A stretch of 63,833 bases of DNA, the filler included, from Octopus bimaculoides (taxonomy: Eukaryota), in assembly GCF_001194135.2 (NCBI RefSeq). It is 8 parts of 6 records of this genome, joined end to end, with 100 filler letters (N's around TTAATTAATTAA, not from the genome) between each part and the next. Parts side by side here need not be neighbours in the genome. Positions count along the whole stretch, not along the records: positions 11,212 to 21,295 come from NC_068985.1; positions 21,396 to 32,543 come from NC_069001.1; 6 more parts are not named here. One strand, 5' to 3'. Position 1 is the stretch's first letter; every line of letters begins with the position of its first letter. Both the position numbers and the translations under genes were made by a program. Below, piece by piece: positions 12,222-23,191 of the stretch. The notes beneath the pieces were generated by a model. That model worked only from the letters and a program-made list of their open reading frames with translations, was not told the DNA's origin and did not search any database.

Positions 12222-13894
12222 NNNNNNNNNNNNNNNNNNNNNNNNNNNNNNNNNNNNNNNNNNNNNNNNNNNNNNNNNNNNNNNNNNNNNNNNNNNNNNN
12301 NNNNNNNNNNNNNNNNNNNNNNNNNNNNNNNNNNNNNNNNNNNNNNNNNNNNNNNNNNNNNNNNNNNNNNNNNNNNNNNNNNNNNNNNNNNNNNNNNNNN
12401 NNNNNNNNNNNNNNNNNNNNNNNNNNNNNNNNNNNNNNNNNNNNNNNNNNNNNNNNNNNNNNNNNNNNNNNNNNNNNNNNNNNNNNNNNNNNNNNNNNNN
12501 NNNNNNNNNNNNNNNNNNNNNNNNNNNNNNNNNNNNNNNNNNNNNNNNNNNNNNNNNNNNNNNNNNNNNNNNNNNNNNNNNNNNNNNNNNNNNNNNNNNN
12601 NNNNNNNNNNNNNNNNNNNNNNNNNNNNNNNNNNNNNNNNNNNNNNNNNNNNNNNNNNNNNNNNNNNNNNNNNNNNNNNNNNNNNNNNNNNNNNNNNNNN
12701 NNNNNNNNNNNNNNNNNNNNNNNNNNNNNNNNNNNNNNNNNNNNNNNNNNNNNNNNNNNNNNNNNNNNNNNNNNNNNNNNNNNNNNNNNNNNNNNNNNNN
12801 NNNNNNNNNNNNNNNNNNNNNNNNNNNNNNNNNNNNNNNNNNNNNNNNNNNNNNNNNNNNNNNNNNNNNNNNNNNNNNNNNNNNNNNNNNNNNNNNNNNN
12901 NNNNNNNNNNNNNNNNNNNNNNNNNNNNNNNNNNNNNNNNNNNNNNNNNNATATATATATATATATATATATACATACATATATACATGCATAAATATAT
13001 GCGAGTATATGTGTGTGCGTTGTGTGTGCTTACAAACGTATATACCCCCGCTCCCCACACACACGCAGACATACATGTACGCATATATATATGTATGCAC
13101 GTATGTTTTTATGTTCATTGAATATTTTCTCGATTACAGCTGTAGATCGCTCCTACAAATATCACAGTAAATGTTATAGCGTTGCAAAGTGTCTTTATAA
13201 CATAACATACATAAAGCTAAGAACCTGATAACTTATTTTTAACAATACTATGAACACGAATGAATTCAGTAAAGACCAAGAAGCAGCTGAAAAATCCAGA
13301 GACTCGCTGGCGCACCCTCCAAGCTATGAATACTTTAAGATAACCTCTCACAATGAGAGGTTACACCGTGTTATCATAAGTTATAAATGTAGAAACCTTT
13401 TTTGTAAATATTCATCGTCTACACATATAGAAAGTATACCCTCCATTTCTTTTGAAAACTTAATCCTTGAGCTGTGATCCCCTTTTGTTGATAATAACAG
13501 GGGCGTCATCGAAAATGCTTTCACTTTGTCCCAGTTTTTTGTGAGGGTTTTAGTAGATGATCTGGCCAAGATTAAAGACTTAACTTTATGCGACTGACGT
13601 CAGCGAGCTGCCTTTCGCCTAACCCCTTGTAGTTTTACATGTAGCGACATGCTTTTCCCTTATATGATAGGTGAACGTTTCAGCACTTGGTGTTGCAGGA
13701 AGTTTTCCACTGATGGTTATTTAAAATTTTGTATGAATGAATTTGATGTATATAGAAGTATGCATGAATGTGAACTAAGGTTTCGTATGTGTTAGCATAT
13801 TATTATTTATAATAGTATAAGTCTATCTTATTGCAAATACTGCACCCAAGAAAAACAATGCGTGTTAAACATTGTAGCAATACTCTGTGTATGT

Positions 13895-14023
13895 GTGTAT
13901 GCGTGGATACATACATACATACATACATACATACATAAATTGCATGCATACAATGAGACACAGACAGACAGACATATAGATACATAGACAGATAGAGAGA
14001 AGGAGAGAGAGAGAGAAAGAAAG

Positions 14024-14066
<43 letters not shown>

Positions 14067-14160
14067 GAGGGAGAAAGAGAGAGAGAGAGATGGATAAATG
14101 GATACATAGATAGATATTGATAGATAGACAGATAGATGGATAGATAGATAGATAGATTAG
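13895..14160. repeat. Compound (CATA)/(GACA)/(GA)/(GATA) microsatellite
   Basis: Direct inspection. Confidence 0.9.
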
Positions 14161-14164
14161 TTTC

Positions 14165-14350
14165 AGATTTTGGCTCAAGATCAGCAGTTTAGGGGGAGGA
14201 GCTAAGCCGATTACGCCGGCCTTCGTGCTCAACCGGTACTTATTTTATCGGTCCTCAAAGGATGAAACGCAAAGTCGGCCTCGGAGGAGTTTTGACTCGG
14301 AACATAAAGACGGACGAAATGCAGTCAAGGATTTTCTCCGGCCACTGCCT
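14165..14350 (-). mobile_element. SINE family A (tRNA-derived), diverged
   Basis: GGTACTTATTTTATCG...AGGATGAAA.GCAAAGTCG.CCTCGG.GGA.TTT.ACTC.GAAC matches other family A copies. Confidence 0.8.
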
Positions 14351-14435
14351 TAGGGTCATACAAATACAGATATTAGAATACATGTACATACACACACAAA
14401 CACACACACACACACATACATACATACAAAATATT

Positions 14436-14732
14436 TTTATAAACAAGCCGGAGAGGCTTAGCGGGTTACGGAGAGAAAGTTACTATGGTAGGCTCATAGT
14501 ATAATAACTGTATATAACATATATTATGATAATATTTATTCTCCGATTTTAAAGCGACAATTTTTAAATATAAGCAAGTGATAAAAAAAATTGATGAGAT
14601 AACCTAAGTCAGAATCGAACTCACAAATCAATGCTTAAATGGCTCCTTGCGAATCTGGTTGGCCAAACACTCACCCAACAATTTTCTGTTAAATTTAGTT
14701 AATTTATACTGAAACTGTCTTAATACTACATA
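14436..14732 (-). repeat. ~280-bp Pol III-box unit, copy adjacent to the 14733-15356 gap
   Basis: Shares ATTCTCCGATTTTA, CAGAATCGAACTCACA, CTCACCCA and AAACTGTCT.AATACTACATA with 10757-11030. Confidence 0.7.
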
Positions 14733-15869
14733 NNNNNNNNNNNNNNNNNNNNNNNNNNNNNNNNNNNNNNNNNNNNNNNNNNNNNNNNNNNNNNNNNNNN
14801 NNNNNNNNNNNNNNNNNNNNNNNNNNNNNNNNNNNNNNNNNNNNNNNNNNNNNNNNNNNNNNNNNNNNNNNNNNNNNNNNNNNNNNNNNNNNNNNNNNNN
14901 NNNNNNNNNNNNNNNNNNNNNNNNNNNNNNNNNNNNNNNNNNNNNNNNNNNNNNNNNNNNNNNNNNNNNNNNNNNNNNNNNNNNNNNNNNNNNNNNNNNN
15001 NNNNNNNNNNNNNNNNNNNNNNNNNNNNNNNNNNNNNNNNNNNNNNNNNNNNNNNNNNNNNNNNNNNNNNNNNNNNNNNNNNNNNNNNNNNNNNNNNNNN
15101 NNNNNNNNNNNNNNNNNNNNNNNNNNNNNNNNNNNNNNNNNNNNNNNNNNNNNNNNNNNNNNNNNNNNNNNNNNNNNNNNNNNNNNNNNNNNNNNNNNNN
15201 NNNNNNNNNNNNNNNNNNNNNNNNNNNNNNNNNNNNNNNNNNNNNNNNNNNNNNNNNNNNNNNNNNNNNNNNNNNNNNNNNNNNNNNNNNNNNNNNNNNN
15301 NNNNNNNNNNNNNNNNNNNNNNNNNNNNNNNNNNNNNNNNNNNNNNNNNNNNNNNNTATAGAAGAGACCAACCCTTTCTATAGAAAACCCAGCGTGAGAG
15401 ATTTTCATAAACAGCAAATAGATGATTTATTTCTTTATCATTATTATTTCGGAACTAAAGACTTACGTGGGTGTAGTAACCTGTTGAGAACTTGGGAAGG
15501 ACTGTTTCTTTGATCAAGTGCAGCTCTTCCGTAGGGTCTCGCGCACTTCGCTTGTTGCCATTTGTTTGGGAATTAATGGCCACGGATATTTACAATCCCC
15601 TTACTACAAACGAAGAAGCCACCATGTAGCTGTACTATCTGCTAGAAGTAGTAATCAAAATTTTCTCATATAGTATGTAACTGTTATAAAAATGGGAAGG
15701 ACATGTTGAACAATGTAACATTAGATATACAAAGGGAGTGAGCGGTAATGTCTGAATTTCTTTTGATCATACTCCCCAACCGGAAAAGGGTTCATTTGGT
15801 GATGGGGGTTAAACAAACAACGTCCCTGTACCGCATTAGATGTCATAATATTATTGATAATGAAAGGGG

Positions 15870-16040
15870 AGGATCAATAGAGGGTCGGAAAAAAATGCCT
15901 TTCGGTATTTGTTACGGTTCTTTAAGTTCTAAGTTCAAATCCCGCCAAGGTCAATTTTGCTTGTCTGTAGACTAAAGTATCATTTAAATACCGGAGGCAA
16001 CGGCATCCTACGTAATTCCTTACCCTGTGCCTAAATTAGA
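15870..16040 (+). mobile_element. SINE family A, degraded
   Basis: GTTCTAAGTTCAAATCCCGCCAAGGTCAATTTTGC resembles the family A B-box region. Confidence 0.6.
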
Positions 16041-16339
16041 TGCAATTATTCGAGGGTTGTTTTAACCGCAGTGTTTCATTTTCAGTTGCTAGTGTCTTGG
16101 CCAAGTACCTCTCAAAGTGAGGGGTACTGCTATCCCGCTGAGGGGGTGTGGAAAGCTTTATATAGGGACTAGACAAAGTGGGCGGCAAAGTAGTAACAGA
16201 TGCACCCTCTTGATGACAACCCGACTGAAACTGCCTTTGGTTCTATGACATATATTCCTTGTTTTAAAGAGATCCAAATTAAAAATCTTCCTTCAAAATT
16301 TCACGTTATGATCCAAACATCGCATCAATAATCTTTTGT

Positions 16340-16532
16340 TATTGGCACAGAGCCTGAAACTTTAGGGGAAGAGACTAGTTTATTCATCGATCCCAGTACT
16401 CAAATGGTATTTATTTATCGATCTCGAAAGGATGAACAATAAAGTCGACCTCGACGGAATTTGAACTTAGAACGCAAAGACTGACGAAATGCCCCTAACC
16501 ATTTTATCCGGCTTTCGCCAGCTCACTGCTTT
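16340..16532 (-). mobile_element. SINE family A
   Basis: Family A head and core in reverse orientation. Confidence 0.85.
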
Positions 16533-16554
16533 ACACTAGGTTAATAATATTTTT

Positions 16555-16756
16555 TGCAATAGGTACAAGGCTTGCAATTCTGGCCGAGAGGCTTGTCGAT
16601 TACATCGACCCCAGGGCTCAACTGGTGTTCATCGACTCTGAAAGGATGAATGGTAAAGTCGACTTCGACGGAATTTGAGCTCAGAACATAAAGATGGACG
16701 AAATGCCGCTAATCACTTTGTCCTGCGTGCTAACACTTCTGACAGCTTGTCGCTTT
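16555..16756 (-). mobile_element. SINE family A
   Basis: GTCGATTACATCGACCCCAG...AAAGTCGACTTCGACGGAATTTGAGCTCAGAAC. Confidence 0.85.
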
Positions 16757-16905
16757 AAACCAGCTGCTTACTAATGAGATTATTTTACTAATCTTTCATT
16801 ATATTGAAAATTAATTGAAACAAAGACATTGAATTTCAACAGAAATATGGTAATAAAATGGTTAATTGCCCTCATTTTCAAAATATTTTCAAATTATATT
16901 CTGTC

Positions 16906-17120
16906 TGCAAGCTGGCAGAATCGTTAGAGCGTCGGATAAAATGCTGAGCAATATTTCACCCGACTCTACTTTCTGATTTCAAATCCCGCCGAATTCACCT
17001 TCACCTTCAACCCTTTCAGGGTCGCTAAAATAAAGTATCAATCGAGTACTGAAGTAGATGTAATCGACTAACACCATCCACTCGCCATTTCTTACCTTGT
17101 GCTTTATTTAGAAACCATTA
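16906..17120 (+). mobile_element. SINE family A
   Basis: GCTGGCAGAATCGTTAG head and TTCAAATCCCGCCG B-box region. Confidence 0.85.
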
Positions 17121-17134
17121 TTACTGGTCTAAAT

Positions 17135-17340
17135 AGAGCGGTGAACAGGAAGAATCGTTAGTAAGCCAGGCAAAATTCTTAACGGCATTTTGTCCGTCTG
17201 TACGTTCTGAGTTCAAACTCAGCCGCGATCGGCTTTGCCTTTCATTCGTTTGAGGTCGATAAAATATGTACGAGTTGAACACGACTAAACCTTTCCCCCC
17301 GAAGTTGCTGGTCTTGTACCAAAATTTAAAACCAATATTA
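17135..17340 (+). mobile_element. SINE family A
   Basis: GAATCGTTAG...TACGTTCTGAGTTCAAACTC...CTTTGCCTTTCATTC...GGTCGATAAAA. Confidence 0.85.
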
Positions 17341-17780
17341 CTGGTCTAAATATTATTTTGACATTCCATATTATGTTGATGAAATTACCTAAGCTCAGGT
17401 AAACTTGTAACAGCGATCAACATGTCCCGTACAAGTATTTTGTGGTGTATTTAATTTTTTTAAATTGTAGCAGAAAAGTGTTTTTAAAAACGTTTGTAAA
17501 ACCAAAGAGACGATAATTGAAAATGTTTAAGAAATACTAGTCTTAACCGTGATTTACAAACAGCACCAAGGTGCACTATGCCCTGTTATTCCTCAGAAGG
17601 TGCCTACATGTACCTTGGATTAAAAAAAAAATGATTTCAGACTTCAAGAAAATCCATCTTTACCCTGTTTCAGTTTTGTTACTTATCCTGTGAAATTACG
17701 CCATGTTCTCGTCATTTTTATTGGTTAATTGTGCATGCAGATGGAAATTAATACAATTTAAGGATGATATACCGAACGAA

Positions 17781-18042
17781 TTGGAGGCGCGTGGCTTAGT
17801 GGTTAGGGTGTCAGCATCACGATCGTAAGATTGTGGTTTCGATTCTTAGACCGGACGACGCGTTGTGTTCTTGAGCAAAACACTTCATTTCACGTTGCTC
17901 CAGTCCACTCAGCTGGCAAAAATGAGTAACGCTGCAATGGACTGGCGCCCCGTCCAGCTGGGGTTTGCATACGCCATAGAAACCGGGAAACCGGGCCCAT
18001 GAGCCTGGCTAGGCTTTAAAAGGGCGCATTTATTATTTTTTT
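17781..18042 (+). mobile_element. Full-length SINE family C with 13-bp target-site duplication
   Basis: A-box TGGCTTAGTGG, B-box-like GGTTTCGATTC, central TTGAGCAAAACACTT...CAGCTGGCAAAAATGAGT domain. TATACCGAACGAA is duplicated at 17768-17780 and 18043-18055. Confidence 0.92.
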
Positions 18043-18294
18043 TATACCGAACGAAACACGCAATAAATAAATGAATAAATAAATAAATAAATAGAACTTC
18101 TCACTAAATTGGAATTTCGTTGTTAGTAAGTGAAATAAAGAATAACATATTTTTAAAAAACGTGTTATTCATAATATTGTTAAACAAAATTGTAACTGAG
18201 ACAAGAAAAGCAAGTTTTTTTTTACCTGTTTTATTTTCTTTCTTGCTAAATTTTTAACGTTAAACTGTTTCGTTTTCGCTTTAAGTGTCAGCCA

Positions 18295-18333
<39 letters not shown>

Positions 18334-18371
18334 TCATATTTGATCTCCAGTGAAGAACAAAGACAAAAATA

Positions 18372-18605
18372 TTTATTTCTTTATTGCCCACAGGGGGCTA
18401 AACATAGAAGGGACAAAAAAGAACAGACAAAGGGATTGAACCGATTACATCGATCCCCAGTGCGTAACTGGTACTTATTTAATCGACCGCGAAAGGATGA
18501 AAGGCAAAGTCGACCTCGGCGGAATTTGAACTCAGAACGTAAAGACAGACGAAATACTGCTAAGCATTTCGCCCGGTATGCTAACGTTTCTACCAGTTCG
18601 CCGAC
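18372..18605 (-). mobile_element. SINE family A, well preserved, with extended 3' tail
   Basis: AAAGGATGAAAGGCAAAGTCGACCTCGGCGGAATTTGAACTCAGAACG...TAAGCATTTCGCCCGG. Confidence 0.9.
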
Positions 18606-18708
18606 AAAAATATTAACAACCACTGTTGTGATCAAGAGATTTCATGCACATCCTTCCTTCCTTCCTTCCTTCCTTCCTTCCTTCCTTCCTTCCTTAATGA
18701 CTTTATAA

Positions 18709-18845
18709 AGCGGTCAGTTAGAAGAGTTGTTAGAGCGTCTGATTGGTTACTTTGCTCTACGTCCTGAGTTCAAATTTCACTGAGGTCAACTTTGCTTTTC
18801 ATCATTTCGGTATCAAATCAATTATTGAAAGTACCAGTCAGTGGA
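18709..18845 (+). mobile_element. SINE family A, degraded
   Basis: CTGAGTTCAAATTTCACTGAGGTCAACTTTGCTTTTCATC. Confidence 0.7.
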
Positions 18846-18846
18846 T

Positions 18847-19015
18847 TCTTCTTCTTCTTCTTCTTCTTCTTCTTCTTCTTCTTCTTCTTCTTCTTCTTCT
18901 TCTTCTTCTTCTTCTTCTCCTCCTCCCCCTCTTCCTTCTTCTTCTTCTTCTTCTTCTTCTTCTTCTTCTTCTTCTTCTTCTTCTTCTTCTTCTTCTTCTG
19001 CTGCTGCTGCTGCAG
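18847..19015. repeat. (CTT)n microsatellite with (CCT) and (CTG) segments
   Basis: Direct inspection; source of the poly-L/F/S/E ORFs. Confidence 0.95.
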
Positions 19016-19455
19016 CGTTCTCTCTCACTCTGTATGTATCTGTGTTTTTGTTTCTCTCACTCCGTGTTTCTCTCTTTCTGTCAGTCTCTTTGTCTCTCCT
19101 TTTCAAAGAAAATGATGGGCACCACAATGTCTAATAATGCCCAAGGTACGCCCTATTCCAGAACAGCATTCCTATGATTTCAACAGGAGTTGAGGGCCTA
19201 CGACAAAGCAAAACAATGACCTATATCTGCGGCACACGTACATATTCACACCAATACACATGCACATACATACATACACACGCACATAATTTCCCACATG
19301 TGCACACACACACACACAAATGTATGTATGTATATATTATACAGCGGAGGCGCAATGGCCCAGTGGTTAGGGCAGCGAACTCGCGGTCAAATCCTCATGT
19401 AGATGTCACATTTGTGTGCGGTATGCATGAGTTGAAAATTCAGGGTAATGTGCGC

Positions 19456-19505
<50 letters not shown>

Positions 19506-20566
19506 CACGCACATATATGAATATTCTGGCATCGAAAGTTTCCGTAGGAAATCATAGGTGAATGAAATGTACTCTATAGTGAATTGGATAGAATGCTATT
19601 TTGATACTATAACCTGTTAAAGAGGAAAAAATTATCAGAAAAGCTATTCTTTTTTTCAAATACATAATACTGTACAAAGGACATTTTATTTCTTATTCTA
19701 CTACACACACACACATATACATGCGCGCCATACATATGCACTTACATATATGTATGTACAAGTATATGTGTATTTGTGTTCCTAGACGAGTTGGTGTGTG
19801 TGTGTGTGTATGTGTATGTGTTTTTGTACGTGTGTTTGTATTTGCGCTTGAACTGACGTAGCCAGATGTTCACAAACAATGACACTTTGCCCTTGAGAAC
19901 TTCAAGAAAGGAAATCTGCTGCGCTTAACACCAGTAAATCTTTTAAACTCTTTGACCCGAAACATTTTTTGTATGAACTTCACACCAACTCATAACATTG
20001 ATTGAGAATTTTACTGTTGCAGAGACCTCAATGCTCCGAGTGTTGACGAGGCTGTCTCTGTGTCACGCATTCTTATTATTGCACTCTAAAGACTAACTCG
20101 CTGTTATCTCCAACCTTTCACACTTCTGGGCAGATAATACCACCACTTCTATTTTTAGGTAACATTCTTCACCCCAGCCGTTATCTAGATGCATCGTAGG
20201 CAACTTCTGTCAAGCTTTTATTAATTCTAACCTCGAACCATCTCATACAACAACGCCTAAACACAGTACTTATANNNNNNNNNNNNNNNNNNNNNNNNNN
20301 NNNNNNNNNNNNNNNNNNNNNNNNNNNNNNNNNNNNNNNNNNNNNNNNNNNNNNNNNNNNNNNNNNNNNNNNNNNNNNNNNNNNNNNNNNNNNNNNNNNN
20401 NNNNNNNNNNNNNNNNNNNNNNNNNNNNNNNNNNNNNNNNNNNNNNNNNNNNNNNNNNNNNNNNNNNNNNNNNNNNNNNNNNNNNNNNNNNNNNNNNNNN
20501 NNNNNNNNNNNNNNNNNNNNNNNNNNNNNNNNNNNNNNATTTAGGGTTATTTTCCCTAAAACTATA

Positions 20567-20611
<45 letters not shown>

Positions 20612-20979
20612 TCCTGGAGGCTATACATTGTTGACCTTGATAAAAATGCATTCTAAAGGCTGGCTTACTTCTTCAGTGCCAAGAAATACTTCAACCCTTG
20701 TGTGGTGTTCAAATGAGTCACAAATGAGAGTACTATTCATGTATCTAGAGTGGAACTGCTAATACGCACACCAACCAACACCGCTCCTCTCAACCAAACA
20801 CATAAACGCACAGATAAATCAGATAAAGTAGACGAACCAAATACCAACATACACACGTGTTTTGGTGCAGGACTTATCTTTGAGTCTGCACGAAAATATA
20901 GACAATAGAACATCTTTTTTTAATTTTATTCGAAGAGAGGATTTGTAGCCAGAGAAGTTCAAATAATGTTAATCATATG

Positions 20980-21060
20980 CAGTGCTTCTCAAAGAGGGTG
21001 GTACCACCCCTTGAGTATCGTAGTAGAAAAGAATGAATATTGGGAACAAAGGGACCGTTA
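20980..21060. mobile_element. hAT-like terminal fragment
   Basis: Begins CAGTGCTTCTCAAA, nearly the same as the TIR at 55298. A similar degenerate end lies near 16103. Confidence 0.45.
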
Positions 21061-21079
21061 GGGAGCGATAGATGTATAC

Positions 21080-21295
21080 CCTTTTACTCTTTTACTTGTT
21101 TCAGTCATTTGACTGCGGCCATGCTGGAGCACCGCCTTTAGTCGAGCAAATCGACCTCAGGACTTATTCTTTGTAAGCCTAGTACTTATTTTATCGGTCT
21201 ATTTTTGTCGAACCGCTAAGTTACGAGCACGTAAAAACACCAGCATCGGTTGTCAAGCGATGGTGGGGTGGGGGACAAACACACACACACACACA
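21080..21295 (-). mobile_element. SINE family B, 3' half
   Basis: TACTCTTTTACTTGTTTCAGTCATTTGACTGCGGCCATGCTGGAGCACCGCC, shared with 31290, 42625, 44952 and 54778. Confidence 0.9.
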
Positions 21296-21395
21296 NNNNN
21301 NNNNNNNNNNNNNNNNNNNNNNNNNNNNNNNNNNNNNNNTTAATTAATTAANNNNNNNNNNNNNNNNNNNNNNNNNNNNNNNNNNNNNNNNNNNN

Positions 21396-21442
<47 letters not shown>

Positions 21443-21447
21443 TATAT

Positions 21448-21765
21448 AGGGGTACTCCGTCGCTTACGACGATGAGGGTTCCAGTTGATCTGATCAAAGA
21501 AACAGTCTGCTCATGGAATTAACGTACAAGTGGCTGACCACTCCACAGACATGAGGACCCTTTATGTAGTTCTCAGGAAGATTCAGCGTGACACAAGATG
21601 CGACAAGGCTGGCCCTTTGAATTACAGGTACTACTCATTTTCGCCAGGTGTATGGATTAGAGCAACGGGAAATAAAGTGTCTTGCTCAAAGACACAACAC
21701 GCCGTCAGGGATCGAATTTGCTACCTTAAGATCGTGAGCCGAACCACTAGGCCACACGCCTTCAC
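21448..21765 (-). mobile_element. SINE family C with long tail
   Basis: Head GTGAAGGCGTGTGGCCTAGTGGTT, core TTGAGCAAGACACTT, tail shared with 11212-11470. Confidence 0.85.
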
Positions 21766-21794
21766 TACGTGTGTGTGTTTGTGTGTTTGTGTGT

Positions 21795-21868
21795 GTGAAG
21801 GCGTGAGGCCTGGTGGTTAAACGCGTTGCACTCACAATCGGGAGATCGTGGTTTCGATTCCCGGATTG
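21795..21868 (+). mobile_element. SINE family C, tRNA-derived head only
   Basis: GTGAAGGCGTGAGGCCTGGTGGTT...GGTTTCGATTCCCGG. Confidence 0.75.
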
Positions 21869-21869
21869 C

Positions 21870-22137
21870 AGCTGTCATGGCGTTTTGAGTTGTCAGTAAC
21901 GAAGGACATGTGATGCCTCCTCACTTCTTTCCAGGTACTGGAAACAGTTCTGAAGCCCTGGATAGATAAAGTACGCAATGGAAGGCTGTCCGTGCTTCAG
22001 CATGAGTCTGCGCCATCGCATAAGGCTCAAGCAACCCAAGAATAAATGGCTGACAATTTTCATGACCACGTAACTCCTAACATTTGGCCTCCAAACTGAC
22101 CAGATCTTAATCCATTGGGCTACTATGTATGGAGCAT

Positions 22138-22228
<91 letters not shown>

Positions 22229-22509
22229 CAATGAAAGTCCCCTTGACAACAAGGATTCTTTGAAAGCCACCATAGTCAGAGCAATGTCCGATATGAATCT
22301 GGACCATTTAATTCGGGCATGGAGACGAGTGAGACAAGATCTGGCATAGAAACAGCTATTGATGCTGAAGGTGGCTACATTAAATAAGATTATAGAGAAG
22401 ATAATCGAGTTAATATCTACAAATCTTTTCATTAATAAAGTTGTTTTCAGTTATTATATGTTTTTCTAGAAATACAAATTTGCCCTCAAGTACCTTACGC
22501 ACCCTCGCT
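21870..22509 (+). pseudogene. Tc1/mariner maT-like (DD37D) transposase remnant with right end
   Basis: Reads VMAF*VVSNEGHVMPPHFF / VLETVLKPWID...LQHESAPSHKAQATQE*MADNFHDHVTPNIWPPN*PDLNPLGYYVWS...IETAIDAEGGYIK*. There are 37 residues between the decayed second and third catalytic positions. Interrupted by (GA)n at 22142-22226. Confidence 0.88.
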
Positions 22510-22540
22510 CTGTCTGTGTACATACATTCACACACACACA

Positions 22541-22900
<360 letters not shown>

Positions 22901-23033
22901 ATCTGTCTCAAGATCTCACTTATCCAGATTTGGTCTGTCTTTCTGTTATTATTCGTCTCATTGAAATTAATATCACGTTGATCTGACCTGGACGACATGT
23001 CAGAGGTCAGATGTCAGAACAAGACTCACTTAC

Positions 23034-23143
23034 GAAATGTAGAGTTCAGGTAGGTGGGAGGTTCTGTAGCAGGAGTAGGAGGAGCGGGGGAGTGAAAGGA
23101 TAGTGAAGTTAGTTCTCGTTGGCCAGTGTGTGCATGACTTTTC
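23034..23143 (-). CDS. Candidate internal exon (110 nt), Pro-rich peptide, product unknown
   Basis: Acceptor CATACAG|G and donor C|GTAAGTGAG. Open frame KSHAHTGQRELTSLSFHSPAPPTPATEPPTYLNSTF. No homology recognised. Confidence 0.3.
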
Positions 23144-23146
23144 CTG

Positions 23147-23191
<45 letters not shown>

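Noticed and set aside
15467-15560. Minus-strand ATG frame MATSEVRETLRKSCT*SKKQ as a selenoprotein
   Set aside because: No CxxU/UxxC motif, no recognisable SECIS and no family similarity.
17781-17860. tRNA-like A/B boxes as tRNA genes (also 19343, 21795, 46018)
   Set aside because: No complete cloverleaf; they continue into or match SINE bodies.
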